DNA of 64,000 nucleotides from assembly GCA_044226045.1 (NCBI GenBank), contig JBGAHR010000002.1:97059-161058 (forward strand), written 5' to 3'. The DNA is from Chitinophagaceae bacterium (GTDB lineage Bacteria; Bacteroidota; Bacteroidia; Chitinophagales; Chitinophagaceae). The notes beneath the pieces were generated by a model. The model did no database searches and was not told the origin of the DNA. It worked only from the letters and a program-made list of their open reading frames with translations. Both the position numbers and the translations under genes were made by a program. Positions 18,607 to 27,063 of this stretch are shown one piece after another. Position 1 is the first letter of the stretch, and every line of letters starts with the position of its first letter.

Positions 18607-18668
18607 AAAAAGAGTCATCCCGTAGAAACGGGACGACGTTTGTTGATCGTACCCTTTAAAAAATATTT
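18607..18668 (-). terminator. Intrinsic terminator plus conserved 26-nt motif (copy 3)
   Basis: Stem GTCATCCCGT AGAA ACGGGACGAC at 18614-18637, with a compensatory change relative to copy 2. Confidence 0.8.
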
Positions 18669-18885
18669 ATGCGAATTAGGCGAATTATACGAATTGGGCG
18701 AAACGCTGAGGACGCTGAATACCCAGAGGACGCCGAATGAATCACCACTCCCGCTCCGTTTAACGCTCCCGCTCCGTTTGCCGCTCCCGCTCACGCTCTC
18801 GCTTCCACTCTCTCTTTCCCTTTCTCTTTCTGTTTCTCTTTCTCTTTCTCTTTCCCTTTCTGTTTCCCTTTCCGTTTCTCTTCGA
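18669..18885. repeat. Composite cassette abutting the stop of 18886-20244
   Basis: Nonamers, ACGCTGAGG units, CGCTCC/TTTCTC hexamers. Confidence 0.88.
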
Positions 18886-20244
18886 TTATTTCTTCACGAT
18901 CCTTTGTGTTGCAGATTCGGTTCCGTTCGACACTTTCACTACATACATACCAGCTACCAGGCCATTCACATTGAGGGTTTCTGTTTGACCAGATCTGTTC
19001 ACCGCTGCATGCTTAACCAATTGACCGTTGATATTGAAAAGATCGATTGATACGTTCTGATTCTGCCAGGTTGCAGGTACTGTTACCCTAACTTCATTCA
19101 CTACCGGATTGGGATACACTGATACTTTTACCTCTTCCTGCTTGTCGCCGATGCGAACCAGTCTGACTTCAGAGTATTGGAATTTTCCATCTAAATCTAC
19201 CATTTTCAGTCTGTAGTAGAGTACCCCTTTTGTATCTGTATTCAGCGCGTCGGAGTAACCATAATTTTGTTTTACGTCAGAGTTGCCGTTTGCAAATACC
19301 ATTGCTACATCCTGGTAGCTTACACCGTTGCTGCTGCGTTCGATTACAAAGTGGCTCAGTTGCTTCTCTTTTCCGGTTACCCAGTTTACAGACACTTTCT
19401 TGTTGTTAACAGTTGTATTGAAATCGAGCAGCACCAGGGGCAAGGTAAAATTGGCCGGTGTCTGATAAGTAAAGTTCTTAAAGTAGAAAGAATACATGCG
19501 GTCGGAAGCGCCATTGGCAGCTGATGCCACTCCACCTGTGCGAACACGGAAGCTGTTACGGTTCTGAAAAGTAGCAGTAGTCATTACCTTGGTTCCGCCG
19601 GTGTCGATGTTTGCGTAGTTGTCAACAGGACCATCGAAGCGTTTGCCGTCGAGAGTCAGCAATCCCGACAATGTTTCGAAAAGGTTGGAAACAGTCAGCA
19701 ATGAGTTAAGTTCGAGTGTATAAGACTTCAACTCGTACAGGGAAACGAACTCATGCAGTTTATCGCCATTTCCGTCGATATCGATGGCTGAAAGTACAAA
19801 CTGGTTTACAGTAGTGGCATTGGTCGTATTACGGTTAACGAAGCTGACCTCGAATTCCATCCACCACTCGGCAGCGCCGCCTGTATTTCCATTATTGTAA
19901 GAAACCTGTGGCTGCCAGGCTTTGTCCCATCCGGTATTCGTCAGATCGATACTCACCAGGCTAACGAGGCTGCTTGAACGCTGTTTGATCGTTACCAGTG
20001 CATCCACATCATTCGATACCTGCGCAAAACGATATACGGCGCCGTCCTGACCAGCTACACCGGATACCAGGGTTGCATTTTTCCAAACCAGTTCAGGAAT
20101 GTTGTTGTTATTATTGGTAGCAGACGCTGTGTAGAAGGCAAAAAGTGATACCAGCAAGGTGATCAGAATCCTGCGAAGAAGAGCAGGCTGGTATACGGGT
20201 ATAGCAATAGCTTGAGGGCACAGGTACGTTTTCATTTCTTTCAT
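18886..20244 (-). CDS. T9SS type A sorting domain protein, tandem paralog of 16475-17806
   Basis: ELVWKNATLVSGVAGQDGAVYRF vs ELIFKNPSLQSGQAGQDNAIYQF; shared WWMEF, DIDGN and DRMYSF motifs; CTD VYPNPVVN...LVAGMYVVKV...RIVKK. Confidence 0.87.
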   Translation of the reverse strand: MKEMKTYLCPQAIAIPVYQPALLRRILITLLVSLFAFYTASATNNNNNIPELVWKNATLVSGVAGQDGAVYRFAQVSNDVDALVTIKQRSSSLVSLVSIDLTNTGWDKAWQPQVSYNNGNTGGAAEWWMEFEVSFVNRNTTNATTVNQFVLSAIDIDGNGDKLHEFVSLYELKSYTLELNSLLTVSNLFETLSGLLTLDGKRFDGPVDNYANIDTGGTKVMTTATFQNRNSFRVRTGGVASAANGASDRMYSFYFKNFTYQTPANFTLPLVLLDFNTTVNNKKVSVNWVTGKEKQLSHFVIERSSNGVSYQDVAMVFANGNSDVKQNYGYSDALNTDTKGVLYYRLKMVDLDGKFQYSEVRLVRIGDKQEEVKVSVYPNPVVNEVRVTVPATWQNQNVSIDLFNINGQLVKHAAVNRSGQTETLNVNGLVAGMYVVKVSNGTESATQRIVKK

Positions 20245-20521
20245 TTTTAAGGGACAGATGCTGTACGTTGCGGCCCATAGGAAGCTGGAAGAGAACCAAG
20301 AATTTCTAAAGGAAGTTGGAGAAGTATCGGGAATTAATTGAACTCACTTATTGGAGCTCTTCAGAGGAGATTCGGATCATTTTCGGTCAGTCGACCTGTT
20401 TTTTCGATCAATGTGTTGTTTTCATCGATCAACAGTACAAAGATTGCTTCTGAATTCCGTAGATGCAATAGTAATTCTACGATTTTTGATTTTTTTTTGA
20501 AAATTTCTGTGAGACAGGCAC

Positions 20522-20558
20522 AAAAAAAGAAAGGAGACCTCTTGCGAGATCTCCTTTC
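20522..20558 (-). terminator. Intrinsic terminator directly after atpA
   Basis: GAAAGGAGACCTC TTGC GAGATCTCCTTTC stem; A7 on the plus strand gives U7 on the minus strand; mismatch is G-U on minus. Confidence 0.8.
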
Positions 20559-20582
20559 CGTTCATTTATAAGCTGTTACTTA

Positions 20583-22160
20583 TTATTTATACTGGGGGAT
20601 GATGGTATTGGCCAGTTCCACCATTTTCTTCAGACCGTCTTCGGGCAGGTTACCCTTCTTGAATTCAGCCATTACATCCGGAAGTTTGTTTTCCATTTCC
20701 ATGAGGAAGTGTTCTTCAAACTCTTTCACCTTTTTCACAGCCACATTTTTCAACAGACCCTGCGTACCGAGGTAGATGATAGCTACCTGCTTTTCTACCG
20801 TAAACGGAGTGTACTGAGGTTGTTTCAGGATTTCCACGTTTCTGGCTCCTTTATCGATTACGTTCTTGGTAGCTGCGTCGAGGTCACCGCCGAATTTAGA
20901 GAAGGCTTCCAGCTCACGATAAAGAGCCTGGTCGAGTTTCAGTGTACCCGCCACCTTTTTCATCGACTTGATCTGCGCGTTACCACCCACACGGCTAACC
21001 GAGATACCCACGTTGATCGCCGGGCGGATACCTGAGTTAAACAGGTTACTTTCCAGGAAGATCTGACCATCGGTAATCGAGATCACGTTGGTGGGGATAT
21101 AGGCAGATACGTCACCGGCCTGTGTTTCGATAATAGGGAGGGCTGTCAAAGAACCGCCACCCTTTACTTTACTTTTCAAAGATTCAGGGAGGTCGTTCAT
21201 GTTCTTGGCAACGTTATCATCGCTGATTACTTTGGCAGCGCGTTCGAGCAAACGACTGTGCAGGTAGAATACGTCACCAGGATAGGCTTCACGACCGGGT
21301 GGGCGACGAAGCAGGAGAGACACCTCACGATAGGCAACAGCCTGTTTGGAAAGGTCATCATAGATGATCAAAGCAGGACGTCCGGTATCGCGGAAATATT
21401 CACCGATCGCCGCGCCGGAGAACGGAGCATAGAACTGAAGCGGAGCAGGATCAGAGGCAGATGCAGCTACAATGGTAGTATAGGGCATCGCGCCGTTATC
21501 CTCGAGGGTCTTCATAACTCCCGCGATAGTGGAAGCTTTCTGACCGATCGCTACATATATACAATATACCGGTTTACCGGCCTGGTAAAATTCTTTCTGG
21601 TTGATGATCGTGTCGATCGCGATGGCTGTTTTACCAGTCTGGCGGTCGCCGATGATCAATTCACGCTGACCACGGCCAACGGGGATCATCGCGTCGATCG
21701 CTTTGATACCTGTTTGCAGGGGTTCTTTAACCGGCTCACGGAAGATTACACCGGGAGCTTTACGTTCCAGGGGCATTTCATACTTTTCGCCGGCGAGCGG
21801 TCCTTTACCATCGATGGGTTCACCCAGCGCGTTTACTACGCGGCCGAGCATTCCTTCGCCTACATTGATAGAGGCGATCTTACCCGTACGACGAACTTTT
21901 GATCCTTCTTTGATATCGGTGCTTTCACCCATCAATACCACACCCACGTTGTCTTCTTCCAGGTTGAGGGCGATTGCACGAACACCATTCTCGAATTCAA
22001 CGAGCTCACCACTGCTCACGTTGTTCAGTCCGTACACGCGGGCAATACCATCACCCACCTGCAATACGGTACCTACTTCTTCGAGATCGGCACCCGCATT
22101 AAAGTTGCTGAGCTGCTGGCGCAATATCGCCGATATCTCATCTGGTTTAATTTCTACCAT
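20583..22160 (-). CDS. atpA: F0F1 ATP synthase subunit alpha
   Basis: GDRQTGKT Walker [41 protein letters not shown]. Confidence 0.98.
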   Translation of the reverse strand: MVEIKPDEISAILRQQLSNFNAGADLEEVGTVLQVGDGIARVYGLNNVSSGELVEFENGVRAIALNLEEDNVGVVLMGESTDIKEGSKVRRTGKIASINVGEGMLGRVVNALGEPIDGKGPLAGEKYEMPLERKAPGVIFREPVKEPLQTGIKAIDAMIPVGRGQRELIIGDRQTGKTAIAIDTIINQKEFYQAGKPVYCIYVAIGQKASTIAGVMKTLEDNGAMPYTTIVAASASDPAPLQFYAPFSGAAIGEYFRDTGRPALIIYDDLSKQAVAYREVSLLLRRPPGREAYPGDVFYLHSRLLERAAKVISDDNVAKNMNDLPESLKSKVKGGGSLTALPIIETQAGDVSAYIPTNVISITDGQIFLESNLFNSGIRPAINVGISVSRVGGNAQIKSMKKVAGTLKLDQALYRELEAFSKFGGDLDAATKNVIDKGARNVEILKQPQYTPFTVEKQVAIIYLGTQGLLKNVAVKKVKEFEEHFLMEMENKLPDVMAEFKKGNLPEDGLKKMVELANTIIPQYK

Positions 22161-22182
22161 TGTTTATCTGTTTAAGTCGTTA

Positions 22183-22746
22183 TTATCTGATCTTGTAAAT
22201 AAAGTCGTTGTTCAGGAACTGGCTTCTGACTTTGTTAAGGTCGTAAGCAATGCTGGCGTCTACCAGCTGGTCGCCAATTTGTAAAACAAATCCGCCGATG
22301 ATATCCTGATCCACCTCTGTTTTCAGTTCAATATTCTTCATCTGAGTCTGGCTCTTCACCTTTTCGATGATGGCCTGCCTGAGTTCTTCACTCGCCGGTG
22401 CAGCGGTGGTCAGCTTTACAGTATAAATCCCTTTTTGGGTTTTATACTGTTCGATGAAGGCCGTGCTGATTTCGGGGAGGTTTTCTTCCCTGCCTTTGTT
22501 CACCAGCAGACGGATGAACGCGTTCGTCATTTCACCAGTTCTATCGCCGGTAACGGCCTTGATGATTGCCAGCTTTTTGTCGGCATGGATCACCGGGCTT
22601 TTCAGCAGGTTGGTAAAGTCCCGGCTGCTCTTGCAAAGTTCCTGCAGGTAAAGCATATCGCTATACACCTGTTCGAGCTGGTTCTTCTCGTTGGCTAAAC
22701 CGATCAGGCTCTTGGCATATCTTCCGGCTAAACGGGGATTCGGCAT
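22183..22746 (-). CDS. atpH: ATP synthase F1 subunit delta
   Basis: RLAGRYAKSL; IIGGFVLQIGDQLVDASI; operon position. Confidence 0.95.
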   Translation of the reverse strand: MPNPRLAGRYAKSLIGLANEKNQLEQVYSDMLYLQELCKSSRDFTNLLKSPVIHADKKLAIIKAVTGDRTGEMTNAFIRLLVNKGREENLPEISTAFIEQYKTQKGIYTVKLTTAAPASEELRQAIIEKVKSQTQMKNIELKTEVDQDIIGGFVLQIGDQLVDASIAYDLNKVRSQFLNNDFIYKIR

Positions 22747-22800
22747 GTTGTGTAAACTAATTTTTTATGATGGAAAGGATGATTGCTCACCCTTCTTCTC

Positions 22801-23313
22801 TTAATTCAGTTTGATTTCGTTTGAAAGCTGCTTGATATAGTTCTCCTGTTCAGCCTTGCCCGACAGTTCGCGACGGAGCACCTTCTCGGAAACTTCAATA
22901 ACAAGGTTCCCAACCTGGTTTTTCACATCGGTCAGTGCAGCCATTTTCTGAGCCTGGATAGCAGCCTGTGCATCCGCCACAATTTTGTTGGCTTCAATTT
23001 TAGCCTGTTCTTTGGCTTCATTGATGATGCGGTCTTTTGTTTCGCGGGCTTCTTTCAGCATCAGCGCTCTTTCTTCACGGGCTTTGGCCAGCAATGCTTC
23101 GTTCTCACTCTGCAACTGGGCCATCTCCGCTTTTACGCGCTCGGCAGTTGCCAGCGAATCATTAATGGTTTGCTCCCTTTTCTTAACAGCGCCCAGAATC
23201 GGTTTCCAGGCATAACGTGCCAGCACAAACAGCAACAACAGGAAAGAAAGGGTTGTCCAGACAATCAATCCAATGTCTGGTTTAATCAGCGGATTTATTT
23301 CGGCAAAAAACAT
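22801..23313 (-). CDS. atpF: ATP synthase F0 subunit b
   Basis: N-terminal TM, AWKPILGAVKKRE, long coiled coil. Confidence 0.95.
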   Translation of the reverse strand: MFFAEINPLIKPDIGLIVWTTLSFLLLLFVLARYAWKPILGAVKKREQTINDSLATAERVKAEMAQLQSENEALLAKAREERALMLKEARETKDRIINEAKEQAKIEANKIVADAQAAIQAQKMAALTDVKNQVGNLVIEVSEKVLRRELSGKAEQENYIKQLSNEIKLN

Positions 23314-23340
23314 ATAAGTAATGTGTTTTAAATCTTTTTG

Positions 23341-23376
23341 AAAAAGCCCCTTTCGCCCTGTGCTGGGGGGCTTTTT
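23341..23376. other. Hairpin between atpE and atpF
   Basis: AAAAAGCCCC...GGGGCTTTTT. Confidence 0.65.
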
Positions 23377-23382
23377 GGTAAA

Positions 23383-23604
<222 letters not shown>

Positions 23605-23627
23605 TTATAAAGAAAAAAAGATGATTA

Positions 23628-24692
23628 TTAATGATGATGATCTCCATGATGTTCCGGTGTTGCCAGGCTGATATACACAGCAGACAACAACGTGAAGATG
23701 AAGGCCTGGATAAACGCTACCAGCAATTCAATCATACTCAGCGCCAGCGTAAATGGTACCACTACTGCGGAAACATACACGGACTTCAACACGAAAATCA
23801 GGCAAACGATACCAAGGATCAACACGTGACCGGCGGTCATGTTGGCAAACAGTCGCACCATCAGTGAAATCGGCTTGGTAAACACCCCGATAAACTCGAT
23901 CGGAGCCAGGAATATTTTCATAGGAACAGGAACACCCGGCATCCAGAAGATATGCTTCCAGTAAGCCCCGTTTCCGTTCACATTTACTATGATAAAAGTG
24001 AAAATAGCCAGTGTGAAAGTAAAGGCGATATTACCGCTGAGGTTGGCACCACCCGGGAAGAAGGGTACCAGACCGAGCAGGTTGTTAATCAGGATGAAGA
24101 AAAACACGGTGAGCAGGAAGCCCATATACTTTTCGTATTTCACCCCGAGGATCGGCTTGGCCACATCATCTCTGAGCAGCATGATTACCGGCTCAATAAA
24201 GCCTGCAAGACCTTTAGGAGCCTGCACGCCACGCTTTTTGTACGACCTTGCTACGCTGAGGAAGATAACCAGGAGCAGGAATACAGACAGCAACAGAGAA
24301 GCAACGTTCTTGGTAATAGAGAAATCCCATACTTTATGGGAAGCTTCTTCGTCTACTTTGCCATCAGCGCCAAATACTTTGATCTTGCCTTCTTCAATAC
24401 CATACAGATAGTTACCCTGGTATTTTTCCTGTCCATGATGGAAATGACCGGATGAAAACACCTCAAGACCTTTGTCGGTGTAGAGGATGACGGGAAGGGG
24501 AACCGAAGTATGACCGGCAATATGCCACTCATGGGCATCCTTGATGTGCTCGAAAATTACCTCCTGCGGATTGAATTTTTCGTCCTTAGCCTCCTCATGA
24601 TGCTCTCCCTGACCAATGGCTACATTAGAAAAAAACATCATACCTATCGTGAAAACCGCTACCCATAAGGATTGTAGACGTCGAACCAGCAT
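23628..24692 (-). CDS. atpB: ATP synthase F0 subunit a
   Basis: FFFILINNLLGLVP; KPISLMVRLFANMTAGH with the conserved Arg; ELLVAFIQAFIF. Confidence 0.97.
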   Translation of the reverse strand: MLVRRLQSLWVAVFTIGMMFFSNVAIGQGEHHEEAKDEKFNPQEVIFEHIKDAHEWHIAGHTSVPLPVILYTDKGLEVFSSGHFHHGQEKYQGNYLYGIEEGKIKVFGADGKVDEEASHKVWDFSITKNVASLLLSVFLLLVIFLSVARSYKKRGVQAPKGLAGFIEPVIMLLRDDVAKPILGVKYEKYMGFLLTVFFFILINNLLGLVPFFPGGANLSGNIAFTFTLAIFTFIIVNVNGNGAYWKHIFWMPGVPVPMKIFLAPIEFIGVFTKPISLMVRLFANMTAGHVLILGIVCLIFVLKSVYVSAVVVPFTLALSMIELLVAFIQAFIFTLLSAVYISLATPEHHGDHHH

Positions 24693-24712
24693 ACCTGTTT
24701 AAAAATTTGGCG

Positions 24713-24720
24713 CAAAGATA
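24713..24720 (-). promoter_or_regulatory. -7 box TATCTTTG of the atp operon
   Basis: Plus-strand CAAAGATA, 20 nt upstream of atpB. Confidence 0.6.
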
Positions 24721-24884
24721 AGGGTTGGTCTGCCGAAAAATTGAAAAAAATGAAAATGATTAGCGGGTTTTTTCACAAGGAATTACCCACATTCTATTCC
24801 CGCCAAAAATACCTCAGAAAAGGGGTGCAAAACCGGCTGGGGAAAGGCTGATTCTCGGGGTGTTTTCCCGACCGTGGAATATTG

Positions 24885-26675
24885 TCAGGCGGGCTGGGTT
24901 TGCTTTTCGAACTGCATTTTGTGCAGGTTGGCATAAAACCCTCCCTTCTGCATCAGCTGATCGTGGGTACCCATTTCCCGGATTACGCCTTTGTCCATCA
25001 CGATGATGTTATTGGCCTTCCGGATAGTCGACAGCCGGTGGGCAATGACAATGGAAGTGCGGCCGGCAATAAGTTTGTCGATCGCATGCTGGATCAGTAT
25101 TTCGCTTTGGGTATCAACGGATGAGGTGGCTTCGTCGAGGATCAGGATTGATGGGTTGTAGAGCAGTGCCCGGATAAAGGATATGAGCTGTCGTTGACCG
25201 AGGGAGAGGGTATTTCCCCGTTCCATCACATTATAATTATATCCGCCGGGCAATTGCATGATGAAATCATGCATATCGATCATTTTCGCCGCTGCAATGA
25301 CCTGCTCGGTGCTGATATCGGGGTTTCGCAGGGTGATATTATCCATGATGGATCCTGAAAACAGGAATACATCCTGCAAAACAACTCCAATATTCTTTCG
25401 GAGGGAATCCAGCTTGTAATGGTCGATGGGAACATCATCAATCCGGATCTGGCCTTTCTGAATATGGTAAAGGCGATTCAGCAGGCTGATGATGGAAGTC
25501 TTGCCGCTGCCGGTATGGCCAACCAGCGCAATGGTTTCTCCCGGGCGGGCCATGAAACTGATATCTGACAGGACATATTTGTCGCCGGTATACGAAAAGC
25601 TGACTTTATCGAACTCTATTTTTCCTTTTACTTCTTTCGGGTCATAGGTTTCGAGTGGAGAGGGATGAATATAGTCTTCATTGTCCAGCACTTTGAACAC
25701 GCGTTCGCTGGCAATCATTCCCATCTGCAGTACGTTGAACTTATCGGCAATTACCCGAAGCGGGCGGAACAGCAGGTTCAGGAAGAGCATGAAGGAAATG
25801 ATTTTTCCGGCCATTTCACCGGCTTCAATACTTGTCATTCCCATCGACCGGGTGGCAGCCCACCATACGAGTAATCCGGTGGAAACGGCGAGTATGATCT
25901 CTACCAGTGGAAAGAAGACTGAATAAGCGAAAATGGCATTGATATTTGCATTTCTGTGTTCGCGGTTGATTTTACGAAACTTGTCGAACTCTTTGTCTTC
26001 GGCTGCAAAAGACTGCACTACCTGCATGCCGGTTAAATGTTCCTGTACAAAAGCATTCAAAGCCGCCACGGCATTTCTAACCCGGATAAAAGATCTGTTT
26101 ACGCTTTCTTTAAAGAAATAAGTTGCTACGATCAGGAAAGGGAAAGGAGCCAGGCAGATCAGCGTGAGCTTCCAATCAATGAAAAACATCACCAGCAAAA
26201 TAGAAATGATAGACAAGAGATCGGCAATGATGGGGATAAGACCTTCCGCGAAAATATCATTGATCGATTCAATATCATTAATGGTTCGGGTGGTAAGTGT
26301 ACCTATCGGGGTTTTGTCGAATTGAGACAGGTTCAACCCCAACACCTTACCATATACCTTCTGCCGAAGATCGTTGACTACATTTTGTCCGAGCCAGGCG
26401 GTGATATAGGTAAAATAAAAGCGGAAGGCGGATTCAATCAGCAACAGGCCGATCTGAATCAGGGTGATCCAGATCACCCAGTTCAAACTTCCCTCCATCA
26501 CATATTTATTGATGGTATGCTGTATCATCCAGGGCCTTGCAGGTGCGAAAATAGCCAGCAAAAAAGCCAACACGATAGAAAGATAAAAGCGCCTCCGGTA
26601 AGGACGCGCATAATGGAACACACGCTTCAACAGGCTAAAATCAAAAATCTTCTTCTTTACGTTCTTATCTGGCAT
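24885..26675 (-). CDS. ABC transporter fused permease/ATP-binding protein (MdlB/MsbA-like)
   Basis: TMD plus NBD: GHTGSGKTS, LSLGQRQ, LILDEATS, IAHRLST. Confidence 0.92.
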   Translation of the reverse strand: MPDKNVKKKIFDFSLLKRVFHYARPYRRRFYLSIVLAFLLAIFAPARPWMIQHTINKYVMEGSLNWVIWITLIQIGLLLIESAFRFYFTYITAWLGQNVVNDLRQKVYGKVLGLNLSQFDKTPIGTLTTRTINDIESINDIFAEGLIPIIADLLSIISILLVMFFIDWKLTLICLAPFPFLIVATYFFKESVNRSFIRVRNAVAALNAFVQEHLTGMQVVQSFAAEDKEFDKFRKINREHRNANINAIFAYSVFFPLVEIILAVSTGLLVWWAATRSMGMTSIEAGEMAGKIISFMLFLNLLFRPLRVIADKFNVLQMGMIASERVFKVLDNEDYIHPSPLETYDPKEVKGKIEFDKVSFSYTGDKYVLSDISFMARPGETIALVGHTGSGKTSIISLLNRLYHIQKGQIRIDDVPIDHYKLDSLRKNIGVVLQDVFLFSGSIMDNITLRNPDISTEQVIAAAKMIDMHDFIMQLPGGYNYNVMERGNTLSLGQRQLISFIRALLYNPSILILDEATSSVDTQSEILIQHAIDKLIAGRTSIVIAHRLSTIRKANNIIVMDKGVIREMGTHDQLMQKGGFYANLHKMQFEKQTQPA

Positions 26676-26685
26676 GTTATTGAGT

Positions 26686-26753
26686 GAAAGTCAAAATTCA
26701 AAAGTCAAAATTCAAAAGTCAAAATTCAAAAGTCAAAAGTCAAAATTCAAAAT
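26686..26753. repeat. GTCAAAA/TTCAAAA heptamer array
   Basis: About 9 tandem units just upstream of the ABC gene start. Confidence 0.88.
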
Positions 26754-26796
26754 TGTGACAACCTTACTCTGAAACCATTGGGTTGAGTTAGCAGCT

Positions 26797-27063
26797 ACTG
26801 TTTCTGTTTCCGTTTCCGTTTCTCTTTCTCTTTCCGTTTCCCTTTCTCTTTCCGTTTCTCTTTCTCTTTCCGTTTCTCTTTCTCTTTCCGTTTCTCTTTC
26901 TCTTTCCGTTTCTCTTTCTCTTTCCGTTTCCCTTTCTCTTTCCGTTTCCCTTTCTCTTTCCCTTTCTGTTTCCCTTTCCGTTTCCCTTTCTCTTTCCCTT
27001 TCCGTTTCTCTTTCTCTTTCCGCTCTCGCTCCCACTCCCGCTCCCATTCCCGCTCCCGCTCCC
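26797..27063. repeat. Long hexamer array (TTTCTC/TTTCCG/TTTCCC grading into CTCCCG)
   Basis: About 44 units, purine-rich on the minus (mRNA) strand, starting at the stop codon of the upstream gene. Confidence 0.92.

Noticed and set aside
16180-18668. Three repeats of a 26-nt sequence as a possible CRISPR array
   Set aside because: Spacing is about 2000 and 400 nt with genes and cassettes between; no regular spacers and no cas genes
16475-20244. Paralog pair as a diversity-generating retroelement TR/VR
   Set aside because: No reverse transcriptase in the window, and divergence is spread over whole genes rather than adenine-specific
26733-27047. ORF of ERERET repeats and similar low-complexity ORFs (10821-11404, 16370-16726, 17973-18215, 18580-19050, 32876-33094)
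   Set aside because: They are translations of hexamer/heptamer/nonamer arrays, open in several frames and overlapping terminators or real genes
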